From an uncultured Thermoplasmata archaeon (GTDB taxonomy: Archaea > Thermoplasmatota > Thermoplasmata > Lutacidiplasmatales > UBA184): 64,000 nt of DNA. Within the stretch, counting starts at the first letter, position 1; the number at the start of each line of letters is the position of its first letter. Positions 45,571 to 54,686 of this stretch are shown here, piece after piece. The stretch is taken from positions 1,147,039 to 1,211,038 of the forward strand of contig CAVVLV010000001.1 in assembly GCA_963749235.1 (NCBI GenBank). Direction: 5' to 3'. A program made the position numbers and the translations under genes. The notes under the pieces are model-generated. The model worked only from the letters and a program-made list of their open reading frames with translations, ran no database searches and had not been told where the DNA came from.

Positions 45571-46576
45571 ATGAAATACGACTGCGCGATTGGCCCCCGT
45601 GCGATGCCGCGGGAGGAGGTGTTGGACTGGTTGCTCGAACCCGAGCAGCCGTCGGTGCGCTACCTCGCGTTGACCCAACTCCTCGGGAAGAAGGAGAGCG
45701 ACGCGGAGGTCCGCAAGGCCAAGGCTCGCATTCCAACTACGGGATGGGTGGCCGACACGCTCGCCCGCCGGAACGCCGCCGGATGGTGGGAGCGGGACAA
45801 GGGCTGGATGGAGCCCCGGTTCACGGCGACCCACTGGACGATGCTCGCGTTGGCCGATCTGGGGGCGACGCGGGCCATCCCGCAGGTGGCCGCGTCGGCG
45901 GAGGTACTGGATGGCCAAGTCGCCGCTCGAAGGAGGGGGCGTGGGAGGCTTCGGGAAGGGGAAGGGGCACCATTGTTACACGGCCAACATGGCGCGCGGC
46001 CTCCTTCGCATGGGCTTCGAAGACGACCCCCGGGTCCGCAAGACTCTCGAATGGCTGGTCCAGACCGCCCACCCCAAGGGAGGCTGGTCCTGCCGGTACG
46101 TCAAGAACGGGCCGGCCACGAGCCGTTCGCTCGACGCGTGGGAGGGATTGGGCGCCTTCGCCGCGTACCCTCGTTCCCGTTGGAGTCCGGCGGTGAAGGC
46201 CGTCGTGGAGCGGACCGCCGAGTACTACCTCGAGCACGAGCTCCACATTCAGGGCGACCGGTACGAGCCATGGTACCGCTTCCACTGGCCCGTCCACTAC
46301 TACTACGACCTGTTGGTCGGCCTGGATTGCCTGACTGCGCTCGGCTACGGCAACGACCCGCGACTGGGGTACGCGCTCGACCTCCTGCGCAAGAAGCAGC
46401 GGCCCGATGGAACGTGGGTCCTCGACGCGTTCCAACCGGATCCGTACCCGGAGTTCGTCGATTGGTTTGCGAACCACCCCGGAAACTGTCCGGTGCCGCT
46501 GACATTCGAGGCGGAAGGAAAACCGAGCAAAATGATCACGCTGAGGGCGATGACCGTCCTTTCGCGCCTGAATTAG
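45571..46576 (+). CDS. hypothetical alpha/alpha-toroid (prenyltransferase/terpene-cyclase-like repeat) protein, +1 frameshift at ~45903
   Basis: MKYDCAIGPRAMPREEVLDWLLEPEQPSVRYLALTQLLG... is in frame 1 up to SAE. YWMAKSPLEGGGVGGFG...HPKGGWSC...QRPDGTW is in frame 2. Family assignment is tentative. Confidence 0.5.
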
Positions 46577-46647
46577 GAACGTGCGCCGGGTCGGCGACAT
46601 TTCGAGACCCCTGGCATCGGGTGGGGTGGGACCGAAGCGTCCGCGGT

Positions 46648-47710
46648 CTAGCTTCCGGCGACTTCCGCGGCGCACTTGTCGCACAGGATGCCCTTCGCAT
46701 CGGACGGGAGCGGCGCCCCACAGAGGGGGCACGACGCCCGGGCGTCCGCCGCCGCGAGGAGTTCTTGTACGCTCGTGCGCAGCGCCGGATTGGCACCGCC
46801 CGTGTCCGGCGGGGGCGCGCTCGGTTCGGCGACGGGAACCGGCATGAACGCGTCGAGCCGGGGGCGGTAGACGCCGGTCCGGCGGTCGAACGTGACGAGG
46901 CCACGGGCCGCGAGCCCCTGGAGCGCGGAGTCGACGAGCTCGCGCACCCCGCCGAATACGTGGGTCATCTCGAGCGCGGTGAGCCCGTGCGACTCCACGA
47001 TCACCGCAAGGCAGCGCGAGGCGAGGAGCGGCATTTCCCCCCGGCCGACCAGGCGGTCGACGTACCAGCTGACCCGGGCGGACCGGCGCACGCGGCGCTG
47101 AGGAGGGAGCCGGCGGCCCGGGGGTCGGTGAGAATGAGGGAACGGACCAGGTCGAGATCGTACGTGACCCGCTCGTCCGGGTAGTAGGCGAGGACGGAGA
47201 CGCAGAACGGGAGGAGCGCGATCGAGCGGCTCCCCACCAGCCCCTCCTGGAGGCTACGGAGGTGAGTGGCGATGGCAACGCGCGCCCCGCCGGCGGCCGC
47301 CCGGTCCTCCTCGACCCGGGTGCGGGGCAAATAGTGCTCCCGAAGGAGGAACCGCGCGATCACGCGCGTCGGCGCGCCGGTCGCGACCGGGAAGACCTGG
47401 GCGGACCCGTCGGTTTCGAAGACGATCCGTTCGAAGGGACGGAGGAACTCCCACGGCGCCCCGGGGCCGGCGCCGGGTCGAGCCGAAGCTCGATCGGGGA
47501 CGTGCTGGCCGCGGGGTTCGCGGCGAGTTCGTAGACCGTTGAGTACTCCTGTTCACCGACCCGGAGCCGGAACGGCCCGATCGGGGTCCGCCGGCGGGCG
47601 AGATACTCCTCGTACGCACGAGTGAGGGCACGCTCGGAGTAGGCGTCGTGCCGTTCGGCCGCCAGCTGCCGTGCGATCTGGTCGAGCTCAGCCAGGGGAA
47701 CGACTGCCAT
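46648..47710 (-). CDS. hypothetical protein with C-terminal winged-helix and CxxC...CxxC zinc-ribbon-like motif; two frameshifts (~47465, ~47065)
   Basis: Three consecutive ORFs (47360-47710, 47001-47363, 46648-47091) join into one coherent ~350-aa reading. wHTH-like LTALEMTHVFGGVRELVDSALQGLAARGLVTFDRRTGVY. C-terminus CPLCG...CDKC. Confidence 0.5.
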
Positions 47711-48897
47711 TCGAACTCCGCGCCTCGATGAGATGCTCGTAGAGGAAGATAAAGCGACGGGCCATCGTCTCGACCGACGCGCGTTCTCGGACGTACTCGC
47801 GACCGTGGGCGCCCAAGGATCGGCGCAGCACGGGATCGTCCGCGAGCTGGACGAGCGCCGCCGCGAGCGCCCCGGGCTCGAGGACCGGGACCCGCCGACC
47901 GTTCCGCCCGTCCTCGAGCAGCTCCGCCGCGCCCCCCTCGGCCGGACCGATCACTGCGGTGGCGCAGGCCATCGCCTCCAGGAGGGCGATGCTGGACGTA
48001 TCGCTGGTGGAGGGCAGGACGAAGACGTCACTCTGCCCGAGCAGGGCCGGCTTTTCCTCCTCGGCCACGGGTCCCACGTACCGGGCGATCCCTCGGAGTC
48101 GAGGGTCGTCCCGGATCCGAGCCCGCACCGCGGCCTCCTCCGGCCCGGCGCCGCCGACGACCGCGACCACGTCGGTGCGGGCGCGGGCGTCCGCGACCGC
48201 GTCGAGGAAACGGTGCACGCCCTTGTCGACCGTCAGCCGGCCCAGATACGTAACGAGGGGCACCGAGGAGAATCCGCATCGCGCGCGCCAATCGGGGACG
48301 GTGACGTCGGGCGCGAACCGGTCGAGGTCGATCCCGTTGGGGACGACCTCCACGGACCGTCGGAATGGTTTCCGCACGCTTCCGACGAGCGCGTCGCGCG
48401 CCGCGACCGAGGGCGCGGTCGCGACGTCACACCGCCAGGTACAATCCCAAGTTCCACCACCAGGCGACGCGAAAGAACGACGGGACCAAGAACTTCGACG
48501 GTACGCTCGAGGCCATCTCGCGAATATTCGTATGGAACGTTCCCAAGAGCGGTCGGCCGAAGCGGCGGGCGGCCAGGAAGCCGACGCTCCCCAAGCCGCC
48601 GGGCGAATGGACATGCAGCACGTCCGCCTCCGCGGCCCCCTGCGCTTCGCGTAGCGCGCTGAACGGGAATAACGGCCATCGGTACTGCCCATAGAGCGGG
48701 ACCCGAAGGCTGCGGAGCCGACGCACGGAGACCCCGCCCTCCCGGCTCTCCTCGGAGGGAGCCCCGCTCACCGGATTCGGTGCAAAGACCCGGACTTGGT
48801 GGCCGAGGCGGACCAGCTGGTTGGCTAGGCTGCCCGTGACCTGGGCGACCCCGTCCCGCATCGGCGGGTAGGAGTCCGTGAAGAACGCGATCTCCAT
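47688..48897 (-). CDS. GT4-family (GT-B) glycosyltransferase, single-base insertion at ~48438
   Basis: The N-terminal domain MEIAFFTDSYPPMRDGVAQV...VHSPGGLG...GTFHT is in one frame. The C-terminal part VVPNGIDLDRF...FVLPSTSDTSSIALLEAMACATAVI is in another. Confidence 0.8.
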
Positions 48898-48988
48898 GGT
48901 TCGATCGGACGACTCGGGGTGACGTGGCCGTCCGGGTTCCTATGCTTATGGGTCCTCAGGCGAGGACCGGTTGCGGCACACCGTCGCG

Positions 48989-49774
48989 TTATAGTACGCT
49001 CTGGAACGCGCGCTCGAGGCGGCTCGCGTCCTTGAGATCGAGCGACCTCGGGTCGAAGGAAACGATGAGGGCCGAGCCGGTGTCGTGGACCTGGGTGACG
49101 AGCCAGTTGACGAACCGGAGGGTCAGCTCGAGGGAGTGCTCCGTGGCGAGGAATTCGAGGGCGTCGACGTAGACGAGCGCGCCGCCGGCCAGCTCCGTCG
49201 GACCGCGGAGTCGTCCGCTGATCTCCCCCGGCGTCGGCAGGGTCGACGCGAGCCCTTCGCCCGCCCCGCTCGGGGAGATCACGACCAGCCGCTCTGCGCC
49301 CAGGTCGGGGATCGTCGGCGGATGGAGGGAGACGACGGCGACCCGGGGGAAGTCCGCCACGTTCGTCCGCAGGATCTCGAGCGCGCGCGCGGGTCGCTCC
49401 TCCCGGACGAGGACGCTCCGGCCCGCGCCGAGGTGGATCGCCGCGGGTGGAGGGGTCGGACCCACCGGACTGAGCCAGGGCCGGGCCGAGGTCGGCGGCC
49501 GGAGCAACGCCCCCCATGCCGGGCGCCGCGGGGGCGCGAGGAGGCTGCGACGTTTCAAATCGACCTCCTCCGAGAGGCGGGCGAGGCGGCTTTCCGCGAG
49601 CATGCGGAGCTCTTGAGTCGTGTGGCCGCGCGAGGCGTGTCCCAAGACCTCCCGCAACGCGCTCCGGACCCCTTCCTCGTACCCCGTCGCGTAGGCCCGG
49701 ACGTATTCCTCGTCGGTCGGGTCCTCCTCCGGCGGTCGGGAAGGAGCGCCGTCCCGGCGCGGCGAGTCGTTCAC
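48989..49774 (-). CDS. DUF835 domain protein
   Basis: GTG at 49774 overlaps the DUF35 stop (GTGA). The C-terminal ~170 aa fit the DUF835 pattern (SVLVREERPARALEIL...ALVYVDALEFLATEHSLELTLRFVNWL...ALIVSFDPRSLDLKDASRLERAF). The remaining 538 codons of the 799-aa ORF are antisense to the thiolase gene. Confidence 0.6.
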   Translation of the reverse strand: MNDSPRRDGAPSRPPEEDPTDEEYVRAYATGYEEGVRSALREVLGHASRGHTTQELRMLAESRLARLSEEVDLKRRSLLAPPRRPAWGALLRPPTSARPWLSPVGPTPPPAAIHLGAGRSVLVREERPARALEILRTNVADFPRVAVVSLHPPTIPDLGAERLVVISPSGAGEGLASTLPTPGEISGRLRGPTELAGGALVYVDALEFLATEHSLELTLRFVNWLVTQVHDTGSALIVSFDPRSLDLKDASRLERAFQSVL

Positions 49775-50259
49775 GCCGGGGCCCGGTCCGGCTCCGGGGT
49801 ACCGGACGGGACGGGCGGCCGGGTCCCCCGGCGGCCCGGCACAGGATCGGTGTCGACGGCGGGGGCGAACTTGTATCCGTAATGGATGACGCCCGCCTTC
49901 CCCTCCTCCCGGAGCTTTCGGAAGGTCGCACGGACCCGAAGCCCGATCGCGACCTCGGGGGGGTTCACGTCCACGACCTGGCCGGTGAGCATCGGTCCCT
50001 CGACGGTCTTCACGAGGGCGACCACGTACGGGACCTGCATCTCGAATCCTTCGGCCGCCTCGTGGACGACCGTGAAGGAGTACACGGTCCCATCGCCGCT
50101 CAACTGGAACGGCGCCATCTTCTCGATCGTCTGCCGGTGGTGCGGGCAGGTGGGGCAGACCGAGCGCGGGGGGAAATAGACCGTCTCGCAGACCCCGCAT
50201 CGGGAGCCACCCAGATTGTAGCGTCGGGGCGTCTCGCGCCAGAAACGTGCGACCGACAT
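49771..50259 (-). CDS. DUF35 OB-fold/zinc-ribbon protein (scaffold of the archaeal thiolase-HMG-CoA synthase complex)
   Basis: 162-aa. CGVCETVYFPPRSVCPTC zinc ribbon, then an OB-fold segment GTVYSFTVVH. Confidence 0.8.
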   Translation of the reverse strand: MSVARFWRETPRRYNLGGSRCGVCETVYFPPRSVCPTCPHHRQTIEKMAPFQLSGDGTVYSFTVVHEAAEGFEMQVPYVVALVKTVEGPMLTGQVVDVNPPEVAIGLRVRATFRKLREEGKAGVIHYGYKFAPAVDTDPVPGRRGTRPPVPSGTPEPDRAPA

Positions 50260-50268
50260 GGGACCCTC

Positions 50269-51438
50269 CTACGCCGCCCTCTCCAGGAGGTGGACCACGC
50301 TCGTCGCACCGGTGCCGCCGACGTCGTGGGTGAGCCCGAGCGTGGCGTCCTTCACCTGCCGGTCTTTTGCCTCGCCCCGGAGCTGCTTCACGATCTCCAC
50401 GACCTGGGCGACCCCGACTGCACCGAACGGACGTCCTTGGGCCTTCATCCCCCCGGACGGGTTGAGCGTGAGCGGGCCCGCGAAGCCGAACCGTCCCGAG
50501 GCGAATTCCGGGCCGGCCTCCCCCTTCTCGACGAATCCCAGGTCCTCGAGCGCGACCAGCGCGCTGATCGTGTAGGCATCGTTGATCTCGGCGACGCGCA
50601 CGTCGGCCGGGGCGCGGCGGGCCCGTTCGAAGGCGTGCCGCGCCGCGACCACCGTCGACTCGACCGTGGTCACGCTCGCCCGGTGCTGGAGCGCCATCGT
50701 GTCGCAGGCGACCTCGCTCGCGGCGATGCGGATCGGGATGTCCGTGTGTCCGCGGGCCATGTCGAGGGGACCTAGGACGACCGCCGCCGCTCCGTCCGAG
50801 AGCGGGGCGCAGTCGAGCATCCCGAGCGGTTCCGCGACCTCGCCCGCCCCCATCACCTGTTCCAGCGTCAGCTGGTTCCGGTAGTGGGCGAGCGGGTTCT
50901 TCGCGGCCATCGCGTGGTCGTGGACGGCCACCCGGGCGAGCTGCTCGCGCGTTGTGCCGAAGTCGTGCATGTGCCGCTGGGCCACGAGGCCCCATAGGGC
51001 GGGGAGCGTCGCACCGAAGACGACCTCCCACTCGTGGTCGGCGGTGGAACTCGTGATCCGGTTCGCCGTTTCGTCGGGGACGTCCGTCATCTTCTCGGCC
51101 CCGCCCACGACGACAAAGTCGTACTGGCCGCTCGCGACCGCCAGGTATCCCGCATGCAGGGCGAGGGCACCGGAAGCGCCGCCCCCTTCCACCCGGACCG
51201 CGGGAAGGTGCCGACCGGCGAGGCCGGCGTAGTCGAGGATCAGCGGCGCGATGTGCTCCTGGTCGAGGAGAGAGCCCGAGGCCATGTTCCCGAGGAACAA
51301 TCCCCCCAGGTCGGCCGACGAGAGCTTCGCGTCGACGAGCGCCTGCAGGCCGGCTTCGATCCCGATCTCCCGGAAGGAGCGGTCCCACAGCTCGCCGAAC
51401 TTCGTCTGACCGACGCCGAGCACGGCCACGTCGCGCAT
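50269..51438 (-). CDS. acetyl-CoA C-acetyltransferase (archaeal thiolase)
   Basis: 389-aa: MRDVAVLGVGQTKFGE..., GGGASGA, and C-terminal GLTHDVGGTG. Confidence 0.88.
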   Translation of the reverse strand: MRDVAVLGVGQTKFGELWDRSFREIGIEAGLQALVDAKLSSADLGGLFLGNMASGSLLDQEHIAPLILDYAGLAGRHLPAVRVEGGGASGALALHAGYLAVASGQYDFVVVGGAEKMTDVPDETANRITSSTADHEWEVVFGATLPALWGLVAQRHMHDFGTTREQLARVAVHDHAMAAKNPLAHYRNQLTLEQVMGAGEVAEPLGMLDCAPLSDGAAAVVLGPLDMARGHTDIPIRIAASEVACDTMALQHRASVTTVESTVVAARHAFERARRAPADVRVAEINDAYTISALVALEDLGFVEKGEAGPEFASGRFGFAGPLTLNPSGGMKAQGRPFGAVGVAQVVEIVKQLRGEAKDRQVKDATLGLTHDVGGTGATSVVHLLERAA

Positions 51439-51440
51439 GG

Positions 51441-52493
51441 CTACTCCCCTCCCATGTGGATCTTGCCCCGGAACTTCGCGTAGACCGCGTAGGGGATCTC
51501 GATCCCCGCGTCCAGGTACTCTTGCACCGGGCGTCCGAACGAACGGTCGTAGTTCGCGATCTCGTCCATGACCTCGAAGTCGAAGGCGTCGGAACCGGCG
51601 CCCGAGCCGTAGCCGACCATCAGGATCCGTTCGCCGGGTTGGGCCCGGTCGAGCACGTTCGCGAGGCCGATCAAGGCGGCTCCCGAGTAAGTGTTGCCGA
51701 TGTACGGGGTTACGAGGCCGTACTTCATCTGGGCCTCCGTGAAGCCGAGCTGCTTACCCACCCGCTGCGGGAACTTTCCGTTCGGCTGGTGGAAGACCAC
51801 GTGGGCGTAGTCCTTCGGGGTCGTGCCCGACGCCGCGAACATCCGCTTCGCGCATTCGGTGACGTGACGGAAGTACGCAGGCTCCCCCGTGAACCGGCCG
51901 CCGTGGCTGGGATACTTCTGTCCCTCCCTCCGCCAGAAATCAGGGGTATCGGTCGTGTAGGAGAGCGTGCCGAGCACGCGGGCGATGACCCGCTCGCGGC
52001 CGATGATCATGGCGGCTCCGCCGGCGCTCGCCGAGTACTCGAGCGCGTCCCCGGGGGCGCCTTGCGACGTGTCCGTCCCGATCGCGACGCCGTAGCGGAT
52101 CATCCCCGAGCCCGCGAGGCCGAGGCAGGTTTGGATCGCCGCGGTGCCCGCCTTGCAGGCGAACTCGAAGTCCGCCGCGGTGAGGTTCGGGGTCGCTCCC
52201 ACCGCCGACGCGACCACCGTCGCGGTCGGCTTCACGGCGTAGGGATGGGATTCGGAGCCGACGTAGATCGCTCCGATCTGCTGCGGGTCGATCCCGCCCC
52301 GCACGAGCGCGACCCGGAGGGCTTCGGTCGAGATCGTGATGGTGTCCTCGTCGGGGGCGGGGACGCTCTTCCGGATGACATTGAGTCCCTGCCCCATCCC
52401 CTCCCCGTCGACGCCCCAGACCCGCCCGATCTCGGCGGGCGTGATCCGGTATCTCGGCACATACGCTCCGTAGCTCACGATCCCTGCGTCCAT
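51441..52493 (-). CDS. hydroxymethylglutaryl-CoA synthase
   Basis: 350-aa: [14 protein letters not shown]...PDEDTITIS...FACKAGT...[10 protein letters not shown]. Confidence 0.88.
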   Translation of the reverse strand: MDAGIVSYGAYVPRYRITPAEIGRVWGVDGEGMGQGLNVIRKSVPAPDEDTITISTEALRVALVRGGIDPQQIGAIYVGSESHPYAVKPTATVVASAVGATPNLTAADFEFACKAGTAAIQTCLGLAGSGMIRYGVAIGTDTSQGAPGDALEYSASAGGAAMIIGRERVIARVLGTLSYTTDTPDFWRREGQKYPSHGGRFTGEPAYFRHVTECAKRMFAASGTTPKDYAHVVFHQPNGKFPQRVGKQLGFTEAQMKYGLVTPYIGNTYSGAALIGLANVLDRAQPGERILMVGYGSGAGSDAFDFEVMDEIANYDRSFGRPVQEYLDAGIEIPYAVYAKFRGKIHMGGE

Positions 52494-52511
52494 GGTTCCC
52501 TCCGGTTTCCT

Positions 52512-53189
52512 CTAGAGTTCCTCGAGCCGTTCGAGCACCGCCGGCGCGGCCAGCGCGGTGGTCAGGAGGGGAATGTTCTCGACCTCGGAGAGACGGACCG
52601 CGAGCGGGTCGATCCGGCCCGGTGCGGCAAAGACGACCGCGGCCGGCTTCAACGGATGCGCGCGGATCGCCACCATCGGGGAGCGCCCGTACTTCACGTT
52701 GGAAAAGATGAGCGCCCGCTGGGTCGTCCAGCCGTAGACCTCGACGAACCGGGACGCATCGATCGAAAGGATCGCCCGCGGCGCGTCCAGGATCGTGAAC
52801 CCGTGGATGTCGCGGTGCAGGTCGACCCGGCTCACCGGCTTCGCGTCCAGCCGGTCGGCGAGGGCCCGGAGCGGGATCGCGACCGTGAATTCCCGCATCC
52901 CGAGGATGCCGTCCGAATGAGGACGGACCCCGAGGCGCTGGCCGACCCGGCTCCCGTTCTGGCTGTCCAGGGCCAAGAGGCTGTCCACGTACCGACGGAT
53001 GAACCCGGCGCCCGGGCTCACCCGGCGTTCCGATTCGTAGTCCGAGATCACGGAGGGAACCGTCGCGAGCTGCTTCGCGAGGTCGCGCTGGGAGATCCCG
53101 AAATCCTCCCTCCACTTCCGGAGCGTGCGACCCGGGTGAGGAGAGAGAACCACCTCCCCTGCGATCTTCTCGCGGATGTCGGCCTCCAC
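52512..53189 (-). CDS. XRE-type helix-turn-helix transcriptional regulator (archaeal COG1395-like)
   Basis: 225-aa, GTG start. LRKWREDFGISQRDLAKQLATVPSVISDYESERR is a clear HTH_3 motif. The C-terminal ~140-aa domain is of unknown function. Confidence 0.65.
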   Translation of the reverse strand: MEADIREKIAGEVVLSPHPGRTLRKWREDFGISQRDLAKQLATVPSVISDYESERRVSPGAGFIRRYVDSLLALDSQNGSRVGQRLGVRPHSDGILGMREFTVAIPLRALADRLDAKPVSRVDLHRDIHGFTILDAPRAILSIDASRFVEVYGWTTQRALIFSNVKYGRSPMVAIRAHPLKPAAVVFAAPGRIDPLAVRLSEVENIPLLTTALAAPAVLERLEEL

Positions 53190-53213
53190 GTTCCGCCCCG
53201 AGGCCGGGGCCGG

Positions 53214-53219
53214 TATAAA
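53214..53219 (-). promoter_or_regulatory. TATA box (minus-strand CTTTATAC) for the HTH regulator / mevalonate operon
   Basis: Centred ~27 nt upstream of the GTG at 53189, suggesting a leaderless transcript. Confidence 0.45.
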
Positions 53220-53283
53220 GGGCTAGGGTTCGTGTCGGTGGGTGCGCTCGACACATGCCGACATTGACCTCACCCGGACGGAG

Positions 53284-53388
53284 TGGACCGGGCGAGATTC
53301 TCCGGGCGGGGTCCATGCCGGCCCCACCCCTTTGAACTCGCGACCTCTACCTTGCCAAGGTAGCGATCTTCCGCTGATCTACCGGCCC
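53284..53388 (-). tRNA. tRNA-Ala (anticodon GGC) with a 33-nt intron in the T-loop (53298-53330)
   Basis: Hand-folded cloverleaf. Acceptor GGGCCGG/CCGGUCC with the G3:U70 Ala identity pair; D arm GAUC-AGCGGAA-GAUC; anticodon arm CUACC-UUGGCAA-GGUAG; variable loop AGGUC; T stem GCGAG/CUCGC; T-loop UUCAAA[intron]U; discriminator A. Confidence 0.88.
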
Positions 53389-53414
53389 ACGAGGCCCGCC
53401 GACGCCCGGCGCGG

Positions 53415-53422
53415 GATAAAAT
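53415..53422 (-). promoter_or_regulatory. TATA box (minus-strand ATTTTATC) for tRNA-Ala
   Basis: Lies 27-34 nt upstream of the mature tRNA 5' end at 53388. Confidence 0.55.
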
Positions 53423-53514
53423 CTTCTCCCGGTGGACCGCCCCTCGCCAGACCCCGCCGACCGAACGACCCTGCCGGCCAAAGGGTTAAGGGTCCCGCCC
53501 GATTTCGCCGCACG

Positions 53515-53871
53515 ATGGCCGAAGGATCCTCCGGGGAACCGATCGACCTGATCGTGAAGAGCACTCGGGACCTCCTCCGCCCGGAGGAGCTCGTCCGCGA
53601 GGCGACCCGGGACATCGTCAAGGAGGAGATCCGCCACCACCTGGAGAAGACCCTCCGCGAGGACCCGAAGCTCGCCCAGGACCTGAAGGACGCCGTCCGG
53701 GACCTCCTCGAGGCGCGGGCCCGCGAGTACGCCGCCATCGTGCGCGTAGGAGCGGCCACCGCGCGGCTCGGCCTCTCCGCCCTCCCGCCGGATGTCCGCC
53801 GCGCGCTCACGGAGGATATCGTGAACCTCCTCTCGAAGGAGATCGGCCACATCGTGGAGAGGTCGCTCTGA
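53515..53871 (+). CDS. hypothetical small helical protein
   Basis: 118-aa from ATG 53515 (MAEGSSGEPIDLIVKSTRDLL...). Charged, helix-forming composition. The upstream part of ORF 53242 is antisense to tRNA-Ala and therefore not coding. Confidence 0.5.
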   Translation: MAEGSSGEPIDLIVKSTRDLLRPEELVREATRDIVKEEIRHHLEKTLREDPKLAQDLKDAVRDLLEARAREYAAIVRVGAATARLGLSALPPDVRRALTEDIVNLLSKEIGHIVERSL

Positions 53872-53879
53872 CGAACCAG

Positions 53880-54686
53880 ATGGCCCCGGACCAGGTCCGG
53901 ATCTACGAGATCAAGCGCGTCGACGTCGAGGGCGCCATCGTGATCGACGGGTTCCCGTCGGTCGGACTCGTCAGCTCGATCGTGGCGAACTACCTCATCG
54001 ACACGCTCGAGATGGAACAAATCGGGATCGTCGAGTCCCCGGCCTTCCCCACCGTCTCGCTGGTGCGAAACGGCCGACCCCAACACCCGGTCCGGATCTA
54101 TGCCGGCCATCCCCCCGCCGACCGGGCGGGGCACGGCGCCGACAAGATCGTCGCCTTCGTGTCCGAATTCCATCCGGCGCCTGCGATCATCCACCCGCTC
54201 GCCATCGCGATCCTGGATTGGGTGCAGGAGCAGCGGTGTTCCCTCCTGGTCTCCCCCGAGGGGCTCGTGGTCGAGGCCGACCCCCACCGCGCGAAGGGAC
54301 GCGGACCGCGCTTGAACGACGTGAAGGTCTACGGGGTCGCCAGCACCCGCAAGGCCCGCGAGCTCTACATCGAACCGAACATGATCCCGTTCGCGGAGGG
54401 GGTCATCACCGGCATCGCCGGGGTCCTCCTGAACGAGGGCCGCCGTAGGGGCTTCGACGTGCTCACCTTCCTCGCGGAAGCGCAGGCGGACTACCCGGAT
54501 GCGCGCGCGGCGGCGAAGGTGATCGAAACGATCAACTCGATCCTCTTGCGGACGCCCTTGGACGCGGTCCCGCTCTACGCCGAGGCCGAGCGGATCGAGC
54601 AGCAGCTCTTGACGATCCAGCGGCACGCGGCCGACCGGTCCCCGAAGGAGCCTTCGGGGTCGTCTTCCCCGCCGATGTACCGCTGA
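53880..54686 (+). CDS. PAC2-family proteasome assembly chaperone
   Basis: 268-aa: AIVIDGFPSVGLVSSIVANYLI...GVITGIAGVLLNEG. Confidence 0.7.
   Translation: MAPDQVRIYEIKRVDVEGAIVIDGFPSVGLVSSIVANYLIDTLEMEQIGIVESPAFPTVSLVRNGRPQHPVRIYAGHPPADRAGHGADKIVAFVSEFHPAPAIIHPLAIAILDWVQEQRCSLLVSPEGLVVEADPHRAKGRGPRLNDVKVYGVASTRKARELYIEPNMIPFAEGVITGIAGVLLNEGRRRGFDVLTFLAEAQADYPDARAAAKVIETINSILLRTPLDAVPLYAEAERIEQQLLTIQRHAADRSPKEPSGSSSPPMYR

Noticed and set aside
45343-47184. 613-aa ORF spanning the tRNA-Arg locus, the toroid-repeat gene and the antisense of the next gene.
   Set aside because: Only the segment from ATG 45571 to ~45903 is meaningful coding sequence. The 5' part overlaps the tRNA, and the 3' two-thirds is out-of-frame Arg/Pro-rich read-through caused by the frameshift.
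49775-51388. The N-terminal 538 codons of the 799-aa ORF 48989-51388.
   Set aside because: They run antisense through the DUF35 and thiolase genes and translate to Arg/Pro/Gly low-complexity sequence. A GTG overlapping the DUF35 stop gives a sensible 261-aa DUF835 protein.
53242-53514. The upstream part of ORF 53242-53871.
   Set aside because: It is antisense to the well-formed tRNA-Ala gene and its promoter. The ATG at 53515 is preceded by a TATA-like GGTTAAGG ~27 nt upstream and gives a coherent small protein.
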